Shown: positions 28,154-42,833 of the stretch, piece after piece
How the letters are laid out: every line of letters begins with the position of its first letter
Numbering within the stretch: the stretch's first letter is position 1
From: Octopus sinensis
Taxonomy: Eukaryota
Assembly: GCF_006345805.1 (NCBI RefSeq)
Contig: NC_042997.1
Span: 12,648,001-12,712,000, forward strand
Length of the DNA: 64,000 nucleotides
Reading direction: 5' to 3'
Position numbers and translations under genes: made by a program
The notes under the pieces: model-generated
What the model saw: the letters and a program-made list of their open reading frames with translations, nothing else
What the model was told of the DNA's origin: nothing
Databases searched by the model: none

Positions 28154-28579
28154 ATATTTTTTAAATGTCTTATTTTGAAAAATTGCATTCGGTGGGGATT
28201 AGTAATTTTTTTGTAGAAATGACTAATTGTCCCTCTTAGCGTGTGGTATGTATGTATAATGCTCTCTGGCATGTATGTATATGCCCTCTATATATAAATT
28301 ATATGTTCAATAAGAAATAATTATTTTCGAAATTTATTCTCTTATGAGGTTTTCAGGCTATCTACCTGACAATTTTCTGGTAAGTTTTCCTTATTAAGTA
28401 GTTGTCCTTAATTGCTAAATTTTTATTCCGAAAAAACGTTTCCTCTCCCGAAATGCAATTCGTAAAAGTATGCCATTTACAGGATGTAATATATGTAAAC
28501 TCACCCATGTGCTTCGTTGATGTTGATCAGTTAGCCGATCGGCTTTAGCGGGGCAGGGTCGTTTATTTATGATACATTC

Positions 28580-28627
28580 AGGCCTGCTGATGAATACGTA
28601 AGTATGAAATCACTGTGATACAGGTCT
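28580..28627 (+). ncRNA. Type I hammerhead ribozyme
   Basis: Same sequence as 28106-28153. Confidence 0.9.
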
Positions 28628-29057
28628 ATATTTTTTAAATGTCTTATTTTGAAAAATTGCATTCGGTGGGGATTAGTAATATTTTTGGTTAGAAATGACT
28701 AATTGTCCCTCTTAGCGTGTGGTATGTATGTATAATGCTCTCTGGCATGTATGTATAATGCCCTCTATATATAAATTAATATGTTCAATAAGAAATAATT
28801 ATTTTCGAAATTTATTCTCTTATGAGGTTTTCACGCTATCTACCTGACAATTTCTTGTTAAGTTTTCCTTATTAAGTAGTTGTCCTTAATTGCTAAATTT
28901 TTATTCCGAAAAAACGTTTCCTCTCCCGAAATGCAATTCGTAAAAGTATGCCATTTACAGGATGTAATATATGTAAACTCACCCATGTGCTTCGTTGATG
29001 TTGATCAGTTAGCCGATCGGCTTTAGCGGGGCAGGGTCGTTTATTTATGATACATTC

Positions 29058-29105
29058 AGGCCTGCTGATGAATACGTAAGTATGAAATCACTGTGATACA
29101 GGTCT
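29058..29105 (+). ncRNA. Type I hammerhead ribozyme
   Basis: Same sequence as 28106-28153. Confidence 0.9.
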
Positions 29106-29533
29106 ATATTTTTTAAATGTCTTATTTTGAAAAATTGCATTCGGTGGGATTAGTAATATTTTTTGGTAGAAATGACTAATTGTCCCTCTTAGCGTGTGGT
29201 ATGTATGTATAATGCTCTCTGGCATGTATGTATAATGCCCTCTATATATAAATTAATATGTTCAATAAGAATAATTATTTTCGAAATTTATCTCCTTATG
29301 AGGTTTTCACGCTATCTACCTGACAATTTCTTGTTAAGTTTTCCTTATTAAGTAGTTGTCCTTAATTGCTAAATTGTTATTCCGAAAAAACGTTTCCTCT
29401 CCCGAAATGCAATTCGTAAAAGTATGCCATTTACAGGATGTAATATATGTAAACTCACCCATGTGCTTCGTTGATGTTGATCAGTTAGCTGATCGGCTTT
29501 AGCGGGGCAGGGTCGTTTATTTATGATACATTC

Positions 29534-29581
29534 AAGCCTGCTGATGAATACGTAAGTATGAAATCACTGTGATACAGGTCT
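29534..29581 (+). ncRNA. Type I hammerhead ribozyme
   Basis: As above, with one stem I change (aagcctg). Confidence 0.88.
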
Positions 29582-29788
29582 ATATTTTTTAAATGTTTTT
29601 TTTAAATGTCTTATTTTGAAAAATTGCATTCGGTGGGATTAGTAATATTTTTTGGTAGAAATGACTAATTGTCCCTCTTAGCGTGTGGTATGTATGTATA
29701 ATGCTCTCTGGCATGTATGTATAATGCCCTCTATATATAATATATATATATATTATATATATATATATCTATATATATATATATATAT

Positions 29789-29824
<36 letters not shown>

Positions 29825-30348
29825 GGTGTCTTCTGAAGTTGGGGTATATATTTCCCATGGACCTACTTCAGGAACTCTGTAGAGTTAGTTGAGATAATGA
29901 TAATTGATTAAGTAACCAGAAGAGGGGATTTGGTATTAATCTTTATTTTGTACAATGGTTATTTCTATCCATCCTGCTACTGTATCTTGTGGGTGAGACT
30001 CAGTTTAAGATGTTGTGTTGCATCCATTTTGCAGTCTGGGTCTAATCAAATACATCCATACATAAAGCTGTGACTCGCTGAAGATCCTGAGTTCTGACTG
30101 TCAAATTGTTATATGCCAATATAGTAAGGGAATGAAACAATGCCACACTTTTCAATTATTTGTAGCAATATTTCATAACCAGACGGCAAATTTTCATAAC
30201 CAGACGGGTATATTACGACATGGCAGCCTAAACTCAGGATGTTTAACGAGACACAACTGTATGTACGGATGGATGTACCTGATAAAACTCAGACTGAAAA
30301 ATAGATACAACACATGTTGAACGGAGTCCCACCCGTAATGGACAGTAG

Positions 30349-30732
30349 CAGTCATTTGACTGCGGCCATGCTGGAGCACCGCCTTTAATCGAGCAACTCT
30401 ACTCCGGGACTTATTCTTTTTGTAAGCCCAGTACTTATTCTATCGGTCTCTTTTTGCCGAACCGCTAAGTGACGGGGACATAAACACACCAGCATCGGTT
30501 GTCAAGCAATGCTAAGGGGACAAACACAGACACACAAACATACACACACAAACACATATATATATACATATATCCGACAGGCTTCTTTCAGTTTCCGTCT
30601 ACCAAATCCACTCACAAGGCATTGGTCGGCCCGAGACTATAGCAGAAGACACTTGCCCAAGATGCCACGCAGTGGGACTGAACCCGGAACCATGTGGTTG
30701 GTAAGCAAGCTACTTACCACACAGCCACTCCT
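30349..30732 (-). mobile_element. SINE family A
   Basis: Near full-length match to the other copies. Confidence 0.9.
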
Positions 30733-30791
30733 TGTACAAGATAAAGATTAATACCAAATCAATTTTCTGGTTACTTGATCAATTATCATTT

Positions 30792-30831
<40 letters not shown>

Positions 30832-30995
30832 AACATATATGTGCATTTATGAATCATGTTGTCTATCTCTGGAAACAGCTGAAATATTGCCAGGGATTGT
30901 TTTATGGGTGTATATCACAGTACCTGAGCATATTTCGACTCGTCTGCTAATAAATATATTTATATACATATATACGGATATTATTTTCTCAAGTG

Positions 30996-31226
30996 AATGC
31001 GAGCTGGCAGAAACGTTAGCACGCCGGGCGAAATGCTTAGCGGTATTTCGTCTGCGTTACGTTGTGAGTTCAAATTCCGCCGAGGTCGACTTTGCCTTTC
31101 ATCCTTTCGGGGTCGATAAATTAAGTACCAGTTACACACTTGGGTCGATGTAATCGACTTAATACCTATGTCTGTCCTTGTTTGTCCCCTCTGTGTTTAG
31201 CCCCTTGTGGGTAATAAAGAAATAGG
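30996..31226 (+). mobile_element. SINE family C (tRNA head, Meta-like central domain)
   Basis: gcgagctggcagaaacgttagc...gagttcaaattccgccgaggtcgactttgcctttcatcctttcggggtcgataaattaagtacc. Confidence 0.87.
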
Positions 31227-31396
31227 TATCTTCAATTCATATTCTCTGCGAACCTTGAAACTGTACCCAGTGTAGCCTTCCCGTGTGACTACCACATGAC
31301 CTTAATACATGTACGTTACAGAAAACTGACTATACTTTCCCTTAACTCACCACGATAGACACAAACACGCGCGCGCGCACGCACAAACGTACATAC

Positions 31397-31435
<39 letters not shown>

Positions 31436-31827
31436 TGTGTGTGTGTGCACGTGTACCATGAAGTATTGTCTCTCATTTTCATAAATGTTTTTTTGATTAT
31501 ATATTTTTAAAATCCAAGACATGAAAATAATTCTAGTTAAGAGTATTACCAGATACTTCACTATTTCAGAGTCAGGACAACTTCTGGAAATCTATCTAGC
31601 AATCAGCTTTTGACCATAGATGTTTTTGTTTTGTTTTGTTTTTGTTTTATTTTTGAGACAGTGGACCTTAGCCAGATTTAAGAAAATATCTGATGATAAC
31701 ATCAACCAGTTTTATATTCATAACTGCCGGCACTGCTTTGGCTTTTAAAGCAAAAAATCAGAAATAGTCACAGAAGCATATACACACATACATATGCATA
31801 TACACACATATATATGATATATATATG

Positions 31828-31931
<104 letters not shown>

Positions 31932-32125
31932 TATATATATAATATATATAAATTGGATGGAGACAAGAAGTGGAACGAACCGACAAATCGAAACGAACCT
32001 GACGCGGGGCGCTGTCAGACAATAATGTGATAATTAAAAATATATGCGTACATACAAACATATATGTACGTACCTACATCTACATGTATATATATATATA
32101 TGTATGTATGTATGTATGTAGGTAT

Positions 32126-32221
<96 letters not shown>

Positions 32222-32595
32222 CATGCACACAGGGTTTTTCGGAATAAATGCCTGAGTGACTATCTAGATAAGCTAAGGTTTTCAGATAAGGAAATCAACC
32301 AGCGAACTCGCACATTTCAAATACAATCTGTAAAGTGAACATGATGAATATGAGAATATAAGAATATAAGAATATAAGACTTTTCTCAAATTTAAGACGT
32401 GATGTCCTTTTTTCTATCTACATTTCAATGACGGAGCTTTGCTTCTCTGTTAGAGACCAGCTCGCTTCTCAGAAGAACAATTAAAATAATTGAAAACGGA
32501 AGAGAATATAAATGCTTCTCTCCATCGATACGTCCGTCTATTTGCCTATGCTATTGCCGTTTAGTTCCAAATCCAGTATAGTCATATTATGTTTT

Positions 32596-32810
32596 GCGGC
32601 AGCGAGCTGGTAGACACGTTAGCACACCGGGTGAAATGTTTAGCGGTACTTCGTTTGTCTTTACGTTCTGAGTTCAAATTCTTCCGAGGTCGACTTTGCC
32701 TTTCATCCATTCGGGGTTGATAAAATAAGTACCAGTAACGTACTGGAGTCGATCTGATCGATTGGCTCCTTCCCTCAAAATTTCGCGGTTGTGCCTAGAG
32801 TAGAAAAGAA
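32596..32810 (+). mobile_element. SINE family C with an alternative tail
   Basis: Same head and core as 30996; different 3' part. Confidence 0.85.
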
Positions 32811-33755
32811 TATTATGTTATGTATTTTAGCAGGTCGCTGCTTTTGTCTTTCGAGAGGTAAAAAGTTCTTCATTTAAGCTTTATTGCAATGATATAAGCG
32901 ATGTGCTTTATATATATTCAATGAGAAATCAAATGTAGTTACAAATTCATAGATGTAAACTAATCATAGAATTTGTTTCTATAATTGGTTCAATTATAAG
33001 TTCATTCTAAGACTACCAAACATTTGTTTGTAGGTCTCTTATTCGGAAAATCAGCTGCATGCAAAGTAAATATAGTTCATGAAGTCAGATAATGTGAGAC
33101 TGCTTCAGTGAAAGCAACATGTTACTAAAACCACAATGTCGGTACAATTATCTTAATGCAAACGACGTTCGACAACAGAAATTTAATTATCGATCTATGG
33201 GCACAGGCACACACACACACATACACACACACATTACGTATAGATATAAGTATGGGGTTATGTGGGTATATGTGTGTATGTGTTTCTATGCAATACATTA
33301 ATCCTGCACTGGCGTCCCGCTCTGTTTCAAGATAACAAGTCTGTAGCATTGTGCGTATTGTTTGTCCGTTTTGTAGTTGTTTCTTTTTACTAAATACCTG
33401 TATATACCTTTCTTTTGTATCTATCTATGAATTACTAGACACACACTTACACATGCATTCACATTACACGCACACAGAAATATATATAAGTACAGATACT
33501 TACATATGTAAAATATTTCTCAGTAAACTGTAATACGTCATATATACTGGAGGCAGTTACATTGCTAAAATGTAGATATGCAAAAGCTCTCAGATACTCG
33601 CAGATTCATTCACACGTACGCATCCTTACACGTACATATGCTTACACTGTGTATTGATATATGTACCAGAAATATATATACATATGTGTATATATATTTA
33701 TATATAAATATGCACATATATATACATATACACACGCATATACACACACACACAC

Positions 33756-33827
<72 letters not shown>

Positions 33828-33834
33828 TGTGTGA

Positions 33835-33892
<58 letters not shown>

Positions 33893-34799
33893 TATATATT
33901 ATATATATATATATATATAGCTCGCATCTAAGTACTGATATATGTTTAATATATACCTACGTATGTCATATAAAAGCGAACAAACGTATAAACATGTATT
34001 TAAGTATTTGTATATGTATATGCATGAATATATACATAAATACATACATATGCACATACAAATATATCCAAATTTATATGTGTGTTTGTGTGTTTGCATG
34101 TGCCTGTGTGTGTGTGTGTGTGTGTGTGTCTGTGTGTGTGTCTGTGTTCGAGTGTGTATGTATGCATGTATGTTTGTGTGTATGTGTTCCCATACAGTTT
34201 TACTTACGATTGTGCGGCTATGTAAGTGTAAGTGTTCTGAATATATAAGTGCGCACACTACTATGGATTCAAATCTGCTCAAAGCTTCCAAAATTTGTTT
34301 GTTACTAAACAATACACAACATAGTTGAACTACCCTACGTGTTTTTTTCTCTTATTCTCTCCACTTGTTTCTCCCGTTTTCTCTTGCTTCTTATTAACCT
34401 CTATCCTACTGGCTTCTTTTCGTTACCATATTAGCTATTATGACCCATGGCAATGCCACTTCATTCTTTACTCTATAGCACAGTAATGTTGATAGGCTTG
34501 GCAGTTCCGGTCCATATACTTGTTGTTGTTAGTGTTGTTATTGCTGTTGTTGCTGTTGTTGATGGTTGTGGTGGTAGTGGCGGTTTGTTATGTTGTACTT
34601 GTCATCGCCGACAACACTCTTATCAGTTTAGTATTCTAGAAAAGATCCTCCTCTCTTTTCTTTCCATCGTTCCCTCTCTAGCTTTCTTCCGCTTACACAC
34701 AAACACGCTTATGTAAATTTATGTATATACATACACATATATAGGCGCGCGCAACTCACACTTGTATATGCCTCACAGTGTCACCCACGCTATATATAT

Positions 34800-34861
<62 letters not shown>

Positions 34862-34894
34862 TATATATGTATATATATATATTTACACATATAT

Positions 34895-34940
<46 letters not shown>

Positions 34941-35523
34941 CATGTGTACATCGACACGCATACACACGCATATATATGTAATATATATACAAATACATAT
35001 ATATGCTTATATATGCAAATATATATATATATATATATATATAGATAGATAGATTCTAGTGTTTGTGTGTATGTATGCAGTTATGCTTGAATATAAACAT
35101 GTACACATATATATTCCCGTGTATGCAAAAAATACAAAAAAAGGTGCATATATATGGTTCTAATTGTAAATATTTCAGCTTATGTATGCGTATAAGCAAT
35201 ATTTTGCACTGCTTGTTTTGGTACAAACGCGAATGCAATATGCCGTTAGGAAGATGTAGACACTAATGTTTGATTAATAATGCTCAGAGATATGATTCTG
35301 GAAATATATGAAATAATTCAATGATGTATGTTCAGGCGACAAGAAAAAAAATAATTTGTCGAAAGTTGCAGGGATAAAAGTACAAAAATATAATTGAGAT
35401 ATTCATGTGAGTAAATGATTTGACTTCGAAAATAGCCTAAAATTCTAACTTAATAACAGCCGTACAAAGGAGTAATGTAGTAAAACTTACACACACACAC
35501 GCGCATATATATATATATATCTA

Positions 35524-35606
<83 letters not shown>

Positions 35607-35704
35607 TGTGTGTATGCATGTATATATATACTACTTCTTAAAAATAAAGTTATGATAGTGAAAGAAGAAAAGAAATCAAGTGCGTTCAAATCAATTCGTA
35701 TTGA

Positions 35705-35737
<33 letters not shown>

Positions 35738-36961
35738 ATATATAGCGGCATGCATACACTTTCAGCACCCTCTCGTATAGAAGCAATGAATAAAGTAAAC
35801 ATCTTTATCGGCATGATGTATAGCATTGAAAAGTCTGAGGTTGCCGTGTTTGATCGCAAAAGGTAATTTTCTACATGTAGTGCGTTAAAACACAATACAC
35901 TTCAGGAGCAGACGAAACGAAACTGTTTTGGAACGATCGCTTGAGTAATAGATGCGCGTTTGGCAACAGACTCAAACATATATCTACGCAGATTACCATC
36001 CACACCTCAACTTGTAACTGCCAAAATTCTACAAAATTCTAGAGGATCCGGCCTCTCAAAGCTACGCTCTAAAGAGCCAACCTTAGACCAGCCAATGGTA
36101 TCACATGATACTAAACAGGTATGATACTAAACAGGTATGAGAACCAATAGTTTTACGAGACTCTATATGCAGCTACCTGGATTCATGTGGAGAATTTCGC
36201 GGCCATCGTAACGACTTATACAACATCAAATGGAATATCGATGACAGCAGCCCTTTTCTCACTTATAACTTGCAATTCCGCCAATTCTGTCCCTGCGAGA
36301 CACTACAGATGCTCCATTAACCTGCAGTAGCTATCAACAGGAGTATGTACTACCTTATTGTCATTCTCAAAAGTTAAAGACAATTCAGATGAAAACACAG
36401 AGATACCACCTAAGCCAGGTTGTCCTACCAAATGAGTTAGTCAATTGTTACCAAACACCAACAAATTTGGTTACTCCATTGTAAAGGCAATTCCTACTAA
36501 ATGAACGAACAATGAGCCACTGACTCTCAAATGGTTCACTGTACCATGTGCAGAGCCCAATACAACGTACTGATGTTACTGAATACCCTATGGTGCAACC
36601 TGTCGTAAAAGTAATTGCAGCATTCTCCCAACAACTTGTTTGAGCCTGTGGGCGTCATAATCTAGAAAATAACAGCAGCTGTCATTTTCACAGCATTAAA
36701 ATCACGTGCTCTGAGCTGACCAATAAAGACCGAAACTCTAGAAGCCGTTTTGAACTTGTCTCAAACATGAAAATTTCCCCTAATATCTGACGATATGTAA
36801 TATATATACAAATACATATATATGCTTATATATATGTTCTATGCACTCCTGAAAGTAATATGGAGCTGAGTCAAACTTTGTGTATGTGTGTGTGTAAGAG
36901 AGAAAGTGTGTGTATATGCATGTGTGTGAGTGTGTGTATGCTTATACATTATATGTGTATG

Positions 36962-37285
36962 AGGGCGCGTGGCTTAGTGGTTAGGGCATTCGGCTCATGA
37001 TCGTAAGGTTGTGAGTTCGATTCCCGGCGACTCGTTGTGTCCTTGAGCAAGACACTTTATTTCACGTTGCTCCAGTCCACTCAGCTGGCAAAAATGAGTT
37101 GTACTTGTATTTCAAAGGGTCAGCCTTGTCACTCTCTGTGTCACGCTGATTATCCCCGAGAACTACGTTAAGGGTACACGTGTCTGTGGAATGCTCAGCC
37201 ATTTGCACGTTAATTTCACGAGCAAGCTGTTCCGTTGATCGTATCAGCTGGGACCCTCGTCGTCGTAACCGGCGGAGTCTTTTTT
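36962..37285 (+). mobile_element. SINE family B variant with a CORE-like segment
   Basis: ggcgcgtggcttagtggttagg (A box), gagttcgattccc (B box), gtccttgagcaagacacttta. The 3' part is shared with 5221-5390. Confidence 0.88.
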
Positions 37286-38335
37286 ATATGTGTATATATA
37301 CACACACACACATATAATATAGTTATAATTTATTAAAAAAGCATAAGAACATCAATTAAGTAATCACATGTATTTGCTTATATAGGTTTACCTGATATGG
37401 AATTTTCCGGAAGGTGATTGACAATGTGAAATATTCTAGCTTCAATAGGGTCTCACGAGAATATATATACTCATATATATTCCTCAGAGCCTCACATCTA
37501 TATACATTCATATTTCTTTTATAGTAAGAATGTTAAACATTAAATAATATGGATGACTTGTAATACAGAATAAATTAATATATTCATAGTCTTAGTTCCC
37601 TATATACAATCCTAAAAGCTAGTTTCTATCGATGTTTCCCTCTCGTAAAAGTGTCTTCCAAAACCATATTGAATTTGCTTCATCAATAACAATTCCTAAA
37701 GTAGACTGATATATACGAACCTATATAGTACTTTGAAAATACAGTTTGTGATGGAAATTATACTACCATAATAGAACCAGAAATTCCTTGAAAACAAAAT
37801 ACACCACCCGTTATCATAATTTTCAAGTAATTTATTATTTCCATTGCATAACTAAAGTAAACGAACAGCATTTCTTAAGTAAATCATCATGTTGTAAATA
37901 ACGTAAATGCTAGGAAACACACAAATCAAACGAATACTCGGGTACATACATAATCACAGTCAGGCACACGCTCGCACACACATGCGTACAAAGTTCTTGC
38001 GTACATGTGATTAGGTGTGTATGTTATCAATCATAGTATTCTTCTGCTTTATCGGTACGTAACACTATAACTATTGCACAAAATCTAAAACAATCTGTTT
38101 TTATATTACATTATACCTTAGAAAATTGACTAGAATACAACTTTCAAGGATGTTTCTCAGCCTTTTATGGGCATTTATGCGCGTTTATGTGTATTAATCA
38201 CAGTATGTTAAGTCTTCTCTATAATGCTCTACAGATCTTATAATTAAAAAAAAAATATCAATGGAAGTTAGATGTATTCAGCAGTTACACATGGACGTAG
38301 ACACATATGCATCACACAGTTGAATATATATAACC

Positions 38336-38383
<48 letters not shown>

Positions 38384-40082
38384 TATATATATATATATAT
38401 ATATGAATATATATATACACATACACCTATATATATATATATATGTGTGTGTGTAGGTTGGTAGGTATTTAATACATATAATATATACCTTATTTCTATA
38501 AATATATATATATTTACATATATATATATATATATATATATGTGTACATACATATTTATAATATACATACAGTCATACATATATTATAAATATATGCGTG
38601 TGCATGTGTGTATGAATTATGTCCACATATAATATAGCCCATTTAAAATATGTGATTATGCGTTATTGTATTTGTGTATATGTCGATATGCACACATTTG
38701 TGTTAATATACTCAACTACCCAAGTACACACGAGCACTTAAGATATTTAACTGATTCTGTATATACATGTATAAAAATATTTTAAAAAATTCCGCTAGAA
38801 CTTGTCACCATCAAATTTAAATGAGATATCTATCAGTTTTAAAGTAAGACGAAAAATTTCTTAGATAATATCTTAAATTTCCATCAAAATATTTTATTTT
38901 TCTATTCCTTCTAAAATTATTCAAATATGTTTTCCTCTCAATTTTAAATTTCTCTATAATTATTTCTTAGATTTTATTTGGTTTTTCAATATCAAATTTT
39001 TATTTCATGCCTATTGTTAATTTTTATTAACAATTTTCTCATATTTCTTTCATATTGATGCCGTCGAGATGTTTCTCCACCCCTTCTTTAAAAACTTGAC
39101 AAAACAAATTCGACACTGATAGTTTGGACAAAATTAAATTTTGTTATTTATAATTTTAGACTTGTGGTTCAAACTGAAGCCTCTTACCATTCTAATTATC
39201 AGCATTAATCTGCAAATTATCATAACGGTGGCCAATTTCCTAATAAAAATATTATTAGAATCCAAAGTGGCAAACAACACATTCAGCTTAATGCCAAATG
39301 TTTTGCGTTTTTCATTTTATTGCTTCTATTTTTAAATAATTATTTTTGAAATTACCAAAAGAGAAGAAATGAAAAACAAAACGCAAAAAAGCAAACGATT
39401 ATTCCATGCATTTTTAATCAATGAGATTCCGTGAAAGAGAGAATTATGTGAGATAATATTTTGAGTCCAAAATATGCAAGTAGAATATTATTAATGTTAA
39501 TGCTTTAATTTAGAATATTTTCAATAAAATTTATTAATTTGTTCAACAATATTTTATTTTACCCCAATTTTGTATCCTAATCATACTGAATCTAAAATGG
39601 TGAAAAATCTAAAAATAGTAGATACAAAATCATAACATGAAATTTCTAAAATTTAAAGTTGAATGAGGAATAATTATGACAATTTCAAAATCATGTAAAT
39701 TAATTTGGCTCAGTAATTTCCTTTTAAAGCTATACAGGAAATTTGACAATTATTATTTAACTTCATATTGGATCATGTACTGCATTTTTTGCTTTTCAAA
39801 TTAGTGTCATAAAGGCAAATACTATAAATAGGCTTTTGACTCGTTCAAGCAAAATGTTCACGGTAAATATGACAATTGCAAGATTGAAGTAATATTCATA
39901 ACGATAGATTACTAAAAAGGAAAGGATATGATACATAAAAAGGAAATAAATGAGCAAAAACTGAAGCTTGGAATAAAATCATATACATGTACACACATAA
40001 CCACTACTACTACAACTACACACACGCATATTCCCACATGCACAGAAGGTTATACCGAAAATAATGCAAAAGTGGATAAATA

Positions 40083-40245
40083 GGCGCAGGAGTGGCTGTG
40101 TGTTAAGTAGCTTGCTAACCAATCACATGGTTCCGGGTTCAGTCCCACTGCGTGGCATCTTGGGCAAGTGTCTTCTGCTATAGCTCCGAGCCGACCAATG
40201 CCTTGTGAGTGGATTTGGTGGACGGAAACTGAAAGAAGCCTGTTG

Positions 40246-40276
<31 letters not shown>

Positions 40277-40489
40277 TTGTGTGTCTGTGTTTGTTCCCCT
40301 AGCATTGCATGACAACCGATGCTGGTGTGTTTACGTCCCCGTCACCTAGCGGTTCGGCAAAAAGAGACCGATAGAATAAGTACTGGGCTTACAAAAAGAA
40401 TAAGTCCCGGGGTCGAGTTGCTCGACTAAAGGCGGTGCTCCAGCATGGCCGCAGTCAAATGACTGAAACAAGTAAAAGAGTAAAGAGTA
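40083..40489 (+). mobile_element. SINE family A
   Basis: Full length. Confidence 0.92.
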
Positions 40490-40729
40490 TAATCCACATT
40501 TTTTTTAACGGATATTGCTCATGTCAGTGAAGTAATTCTTGGTCAGTATATATTTACCGACCGGTTCATCCCTTCGATTCAACTAGTTAGCAGAAGATAC
40601 CGGAATAAAAGTTTTTGAATCATTGATCACATATATCAGATTGAAGGAATCTCAGAATATGTTGAAATCTACCATTCCAACATTCAACATGCCAACTACT
40701 TTTAGATGCCAACTACTTTTAGATGCGAG

Positions 40730-41900
40730 AAGGTGATAGGGTCTTTCCAGTTGGTGAGCGTGAGAAAGCATACGATTTGTGTATATCTGCTCCTGATGGT
40801 GCTTTTAGTTAAGCCAAACTTAGTTCATTGGTTCTTCTCTGCCAACTTTTCTTTCTTCTACAATATACCAAGTCACTTTGCTGGGGTGTTGTCTGTCAAA
40901 CAATGCTAATTTCGGTGTGTGTTGATTGAATCCCTTCTTCATCAATATCAGTCAATTCTGGTGTTTATCAGGGTTTAGTTTTTGCCCACACTCTCTTTAT
41001 TCTAGACATCAAGTACCTACTTTTCGCAGAATCAAATAACGATCAAACCTTCCTAATCTTTGTTGACCGTGCACCCTCTATACGCCACCTATATACCACA
41101 CACCAAATATGAATGTGTGCTTATAAATACAATTCAGAAGATTCCTCAGTGTCGTCTTGGACTCCTTTTTTAACAGGAAACGATCAAGAATTACTAATAT
41201 CAAGAAAACATCAGCGCAGCACACCACTCAGGAAGAACCCTAACAGTCACTCCAAAAGCTTGGTTTCAGTATTACTCATAGTTTCTGTCTGCAGGTGAAA
41301 ACACATTTTTAGCTGAAATGGAACTGCTTCCCCAAAGATAACTCCTGTTTAAAGCCACGAGGTGTTTCAGCAACGTAGGTTCTTTGCACTCTTCACAGTT
41401 CCTGGTAAACTAAATGTTTCAATTTAGATCCAAATTGGAGTATGGCACCAAAATATGACATGGCGTTGTTACAGCAAACACAGGCATTCTACACCGTATT
41501 CGGTAGAAAGCCGCTCGACTACTTGGCATTCTACACCGTATTTGGTAGAAAGCCGCTCGACTACTTGGCATTCTACACCGTATTTGGTAGAAAGCCGCTC
41601 GACTACTTGGCATTCAGTCACTGAATGATACACGTTAGCCACATACCATTGTCATGCTGTCACCTCTCTCTGCCTTCTGTATGTCCACACTAGTAGCTCA
41701 TGATTCTCCAAGCTAGATGATCGCATACTTCCACCACGTAGGCTCTCACTATACACTCACCTCTTTACTTCTCATCGCTGTTGTTGCATCGAATATACCC
41801 TGGCATTGCAGCAGCCATTATTCCCCGTCATTTCCCTGTAGGATGTTGACCGCTTGAATATTTACCCGCAAATGCATAAACGAAATTTTACCAATATCAA
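40730..41900 (+). pseudogene. Heavily decayed LINE reverse transcriptase (CR1/L2/Jockey-like)
   Basis: About 40951 translates VNSGVYQGLVFAHTLFILDI (compare SGVPQGSVLxPxLF). About 41420 translates FRSKLEYG, then LHRIR*KAARLL. Boundaries approximate. Confidence 0.6.
41483..41615. repeat. 3 x 42-bp tandem repeat inside the LINE remnant
   Basis: Units ggcattctacaccgtattYggtagaaagccgctcgactactt start at 41483, 41525 and 41567. Confidence 0.95.
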
Positions 41901-42792
41901 CATAACTGGCCTCACAGAATCTGAAAGTGTAATGGCCCTTGCCCTTCAGTAATTAATAATGCTACTTATGGGGCAATAGCACTGGGATGATTATTGATGG
42001 AATACTGTTACAAAAATTATTCTTATTTCTTTTGTAGATACTAAAAATATACTTCCTGTTACTGATAATATTGCTGCAGCTAACATTTAGAATTTATAAC
42101 ATTCTGCATAAGTTTTTTTTAAAAAAAGGTTGAGAGAGAGGAAGTTAACTATAGGATAAAGTTGTTGTTACAAACTGATAATAGTACACTTCCGTCTCAT
42201 TTTTGCTATTGGTAGATGGTATTGAGTGGTATACTGTACAGAGATGTAGCTGTAAAAATTATTAAAAGGTGGAAAGCATGTATCTATTGAACACATTGAG
42301 TTTGATTGTTATTGTAATACTAAAAGTGAATTCGTTCAGAACATTATTGAAAAATTCTCTGAGCATGTCTAAAGGTTGACTGGTCACATAGTGAAAAATT
42401 TTGAGGCCGCCATCTCTATGTACACTGACGTCTGTGTGGTTGAATGTCCTTCGGATAGAACCTGAAACATATAATTCCATAAGCTCACATTACCCAATCC
42501 TATAATATAAGCCTATGGGCGTATCAATTAGATCGGTACCTTTTTTTAACGGGTCTCTGTGAATAGTAAAGAATTCATAGAGTGCATTCAATTTCAATTA
42601 AAATAATGACCTAAATTTTGTTATTGATTTAAGCAATGACTACATTTTCTTTGTTGGTATAAACAGGGACAGATATAAGTTAATGCATTGACTTTTCCTC
42701 TCTATAGAGTTCGCTTACCTGATATTTACCCGTTATTTATAGTTTTATCCGTTTCGAGTTACCAAAAAGGAACTCTCTCTCTCTCTCTCACT

Positions 42793-42833
<41 letters not shown>

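Larger units (their letters stand above)
27604..29737. mobile_element. Retrozyme-like array of a monomer of about 477 bp: one inverted copy plus about 3.5 tandem copies, in (TA)n
   Basis: Inverted unit 27604-28080. Direct units start at 28081, 28555, 29033 and 29509. One HHR per unit and no ORF. Confidence 0.9.

Noticed and set aside
35745-36660. Possible decayed LTR-retrotransposon integrase
   Set aside because: The composition is suggestive, but I could not recover a convincing motif by eye.
41483-41615. CRISPR-like palindromic repeats
   Set aside because: The units are contiguous with no unique spacers, there are no cas genes, the context is eukaryotic, and the repeat lies within a LINE remnant.
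42262-42480. Possible minus-strand exon (tttcag acceptor at about 42463, 72-aa ORF)
   Set aside because: No recognisable protein similarity or partner exons. It needs RNA-seq or homology evidence.
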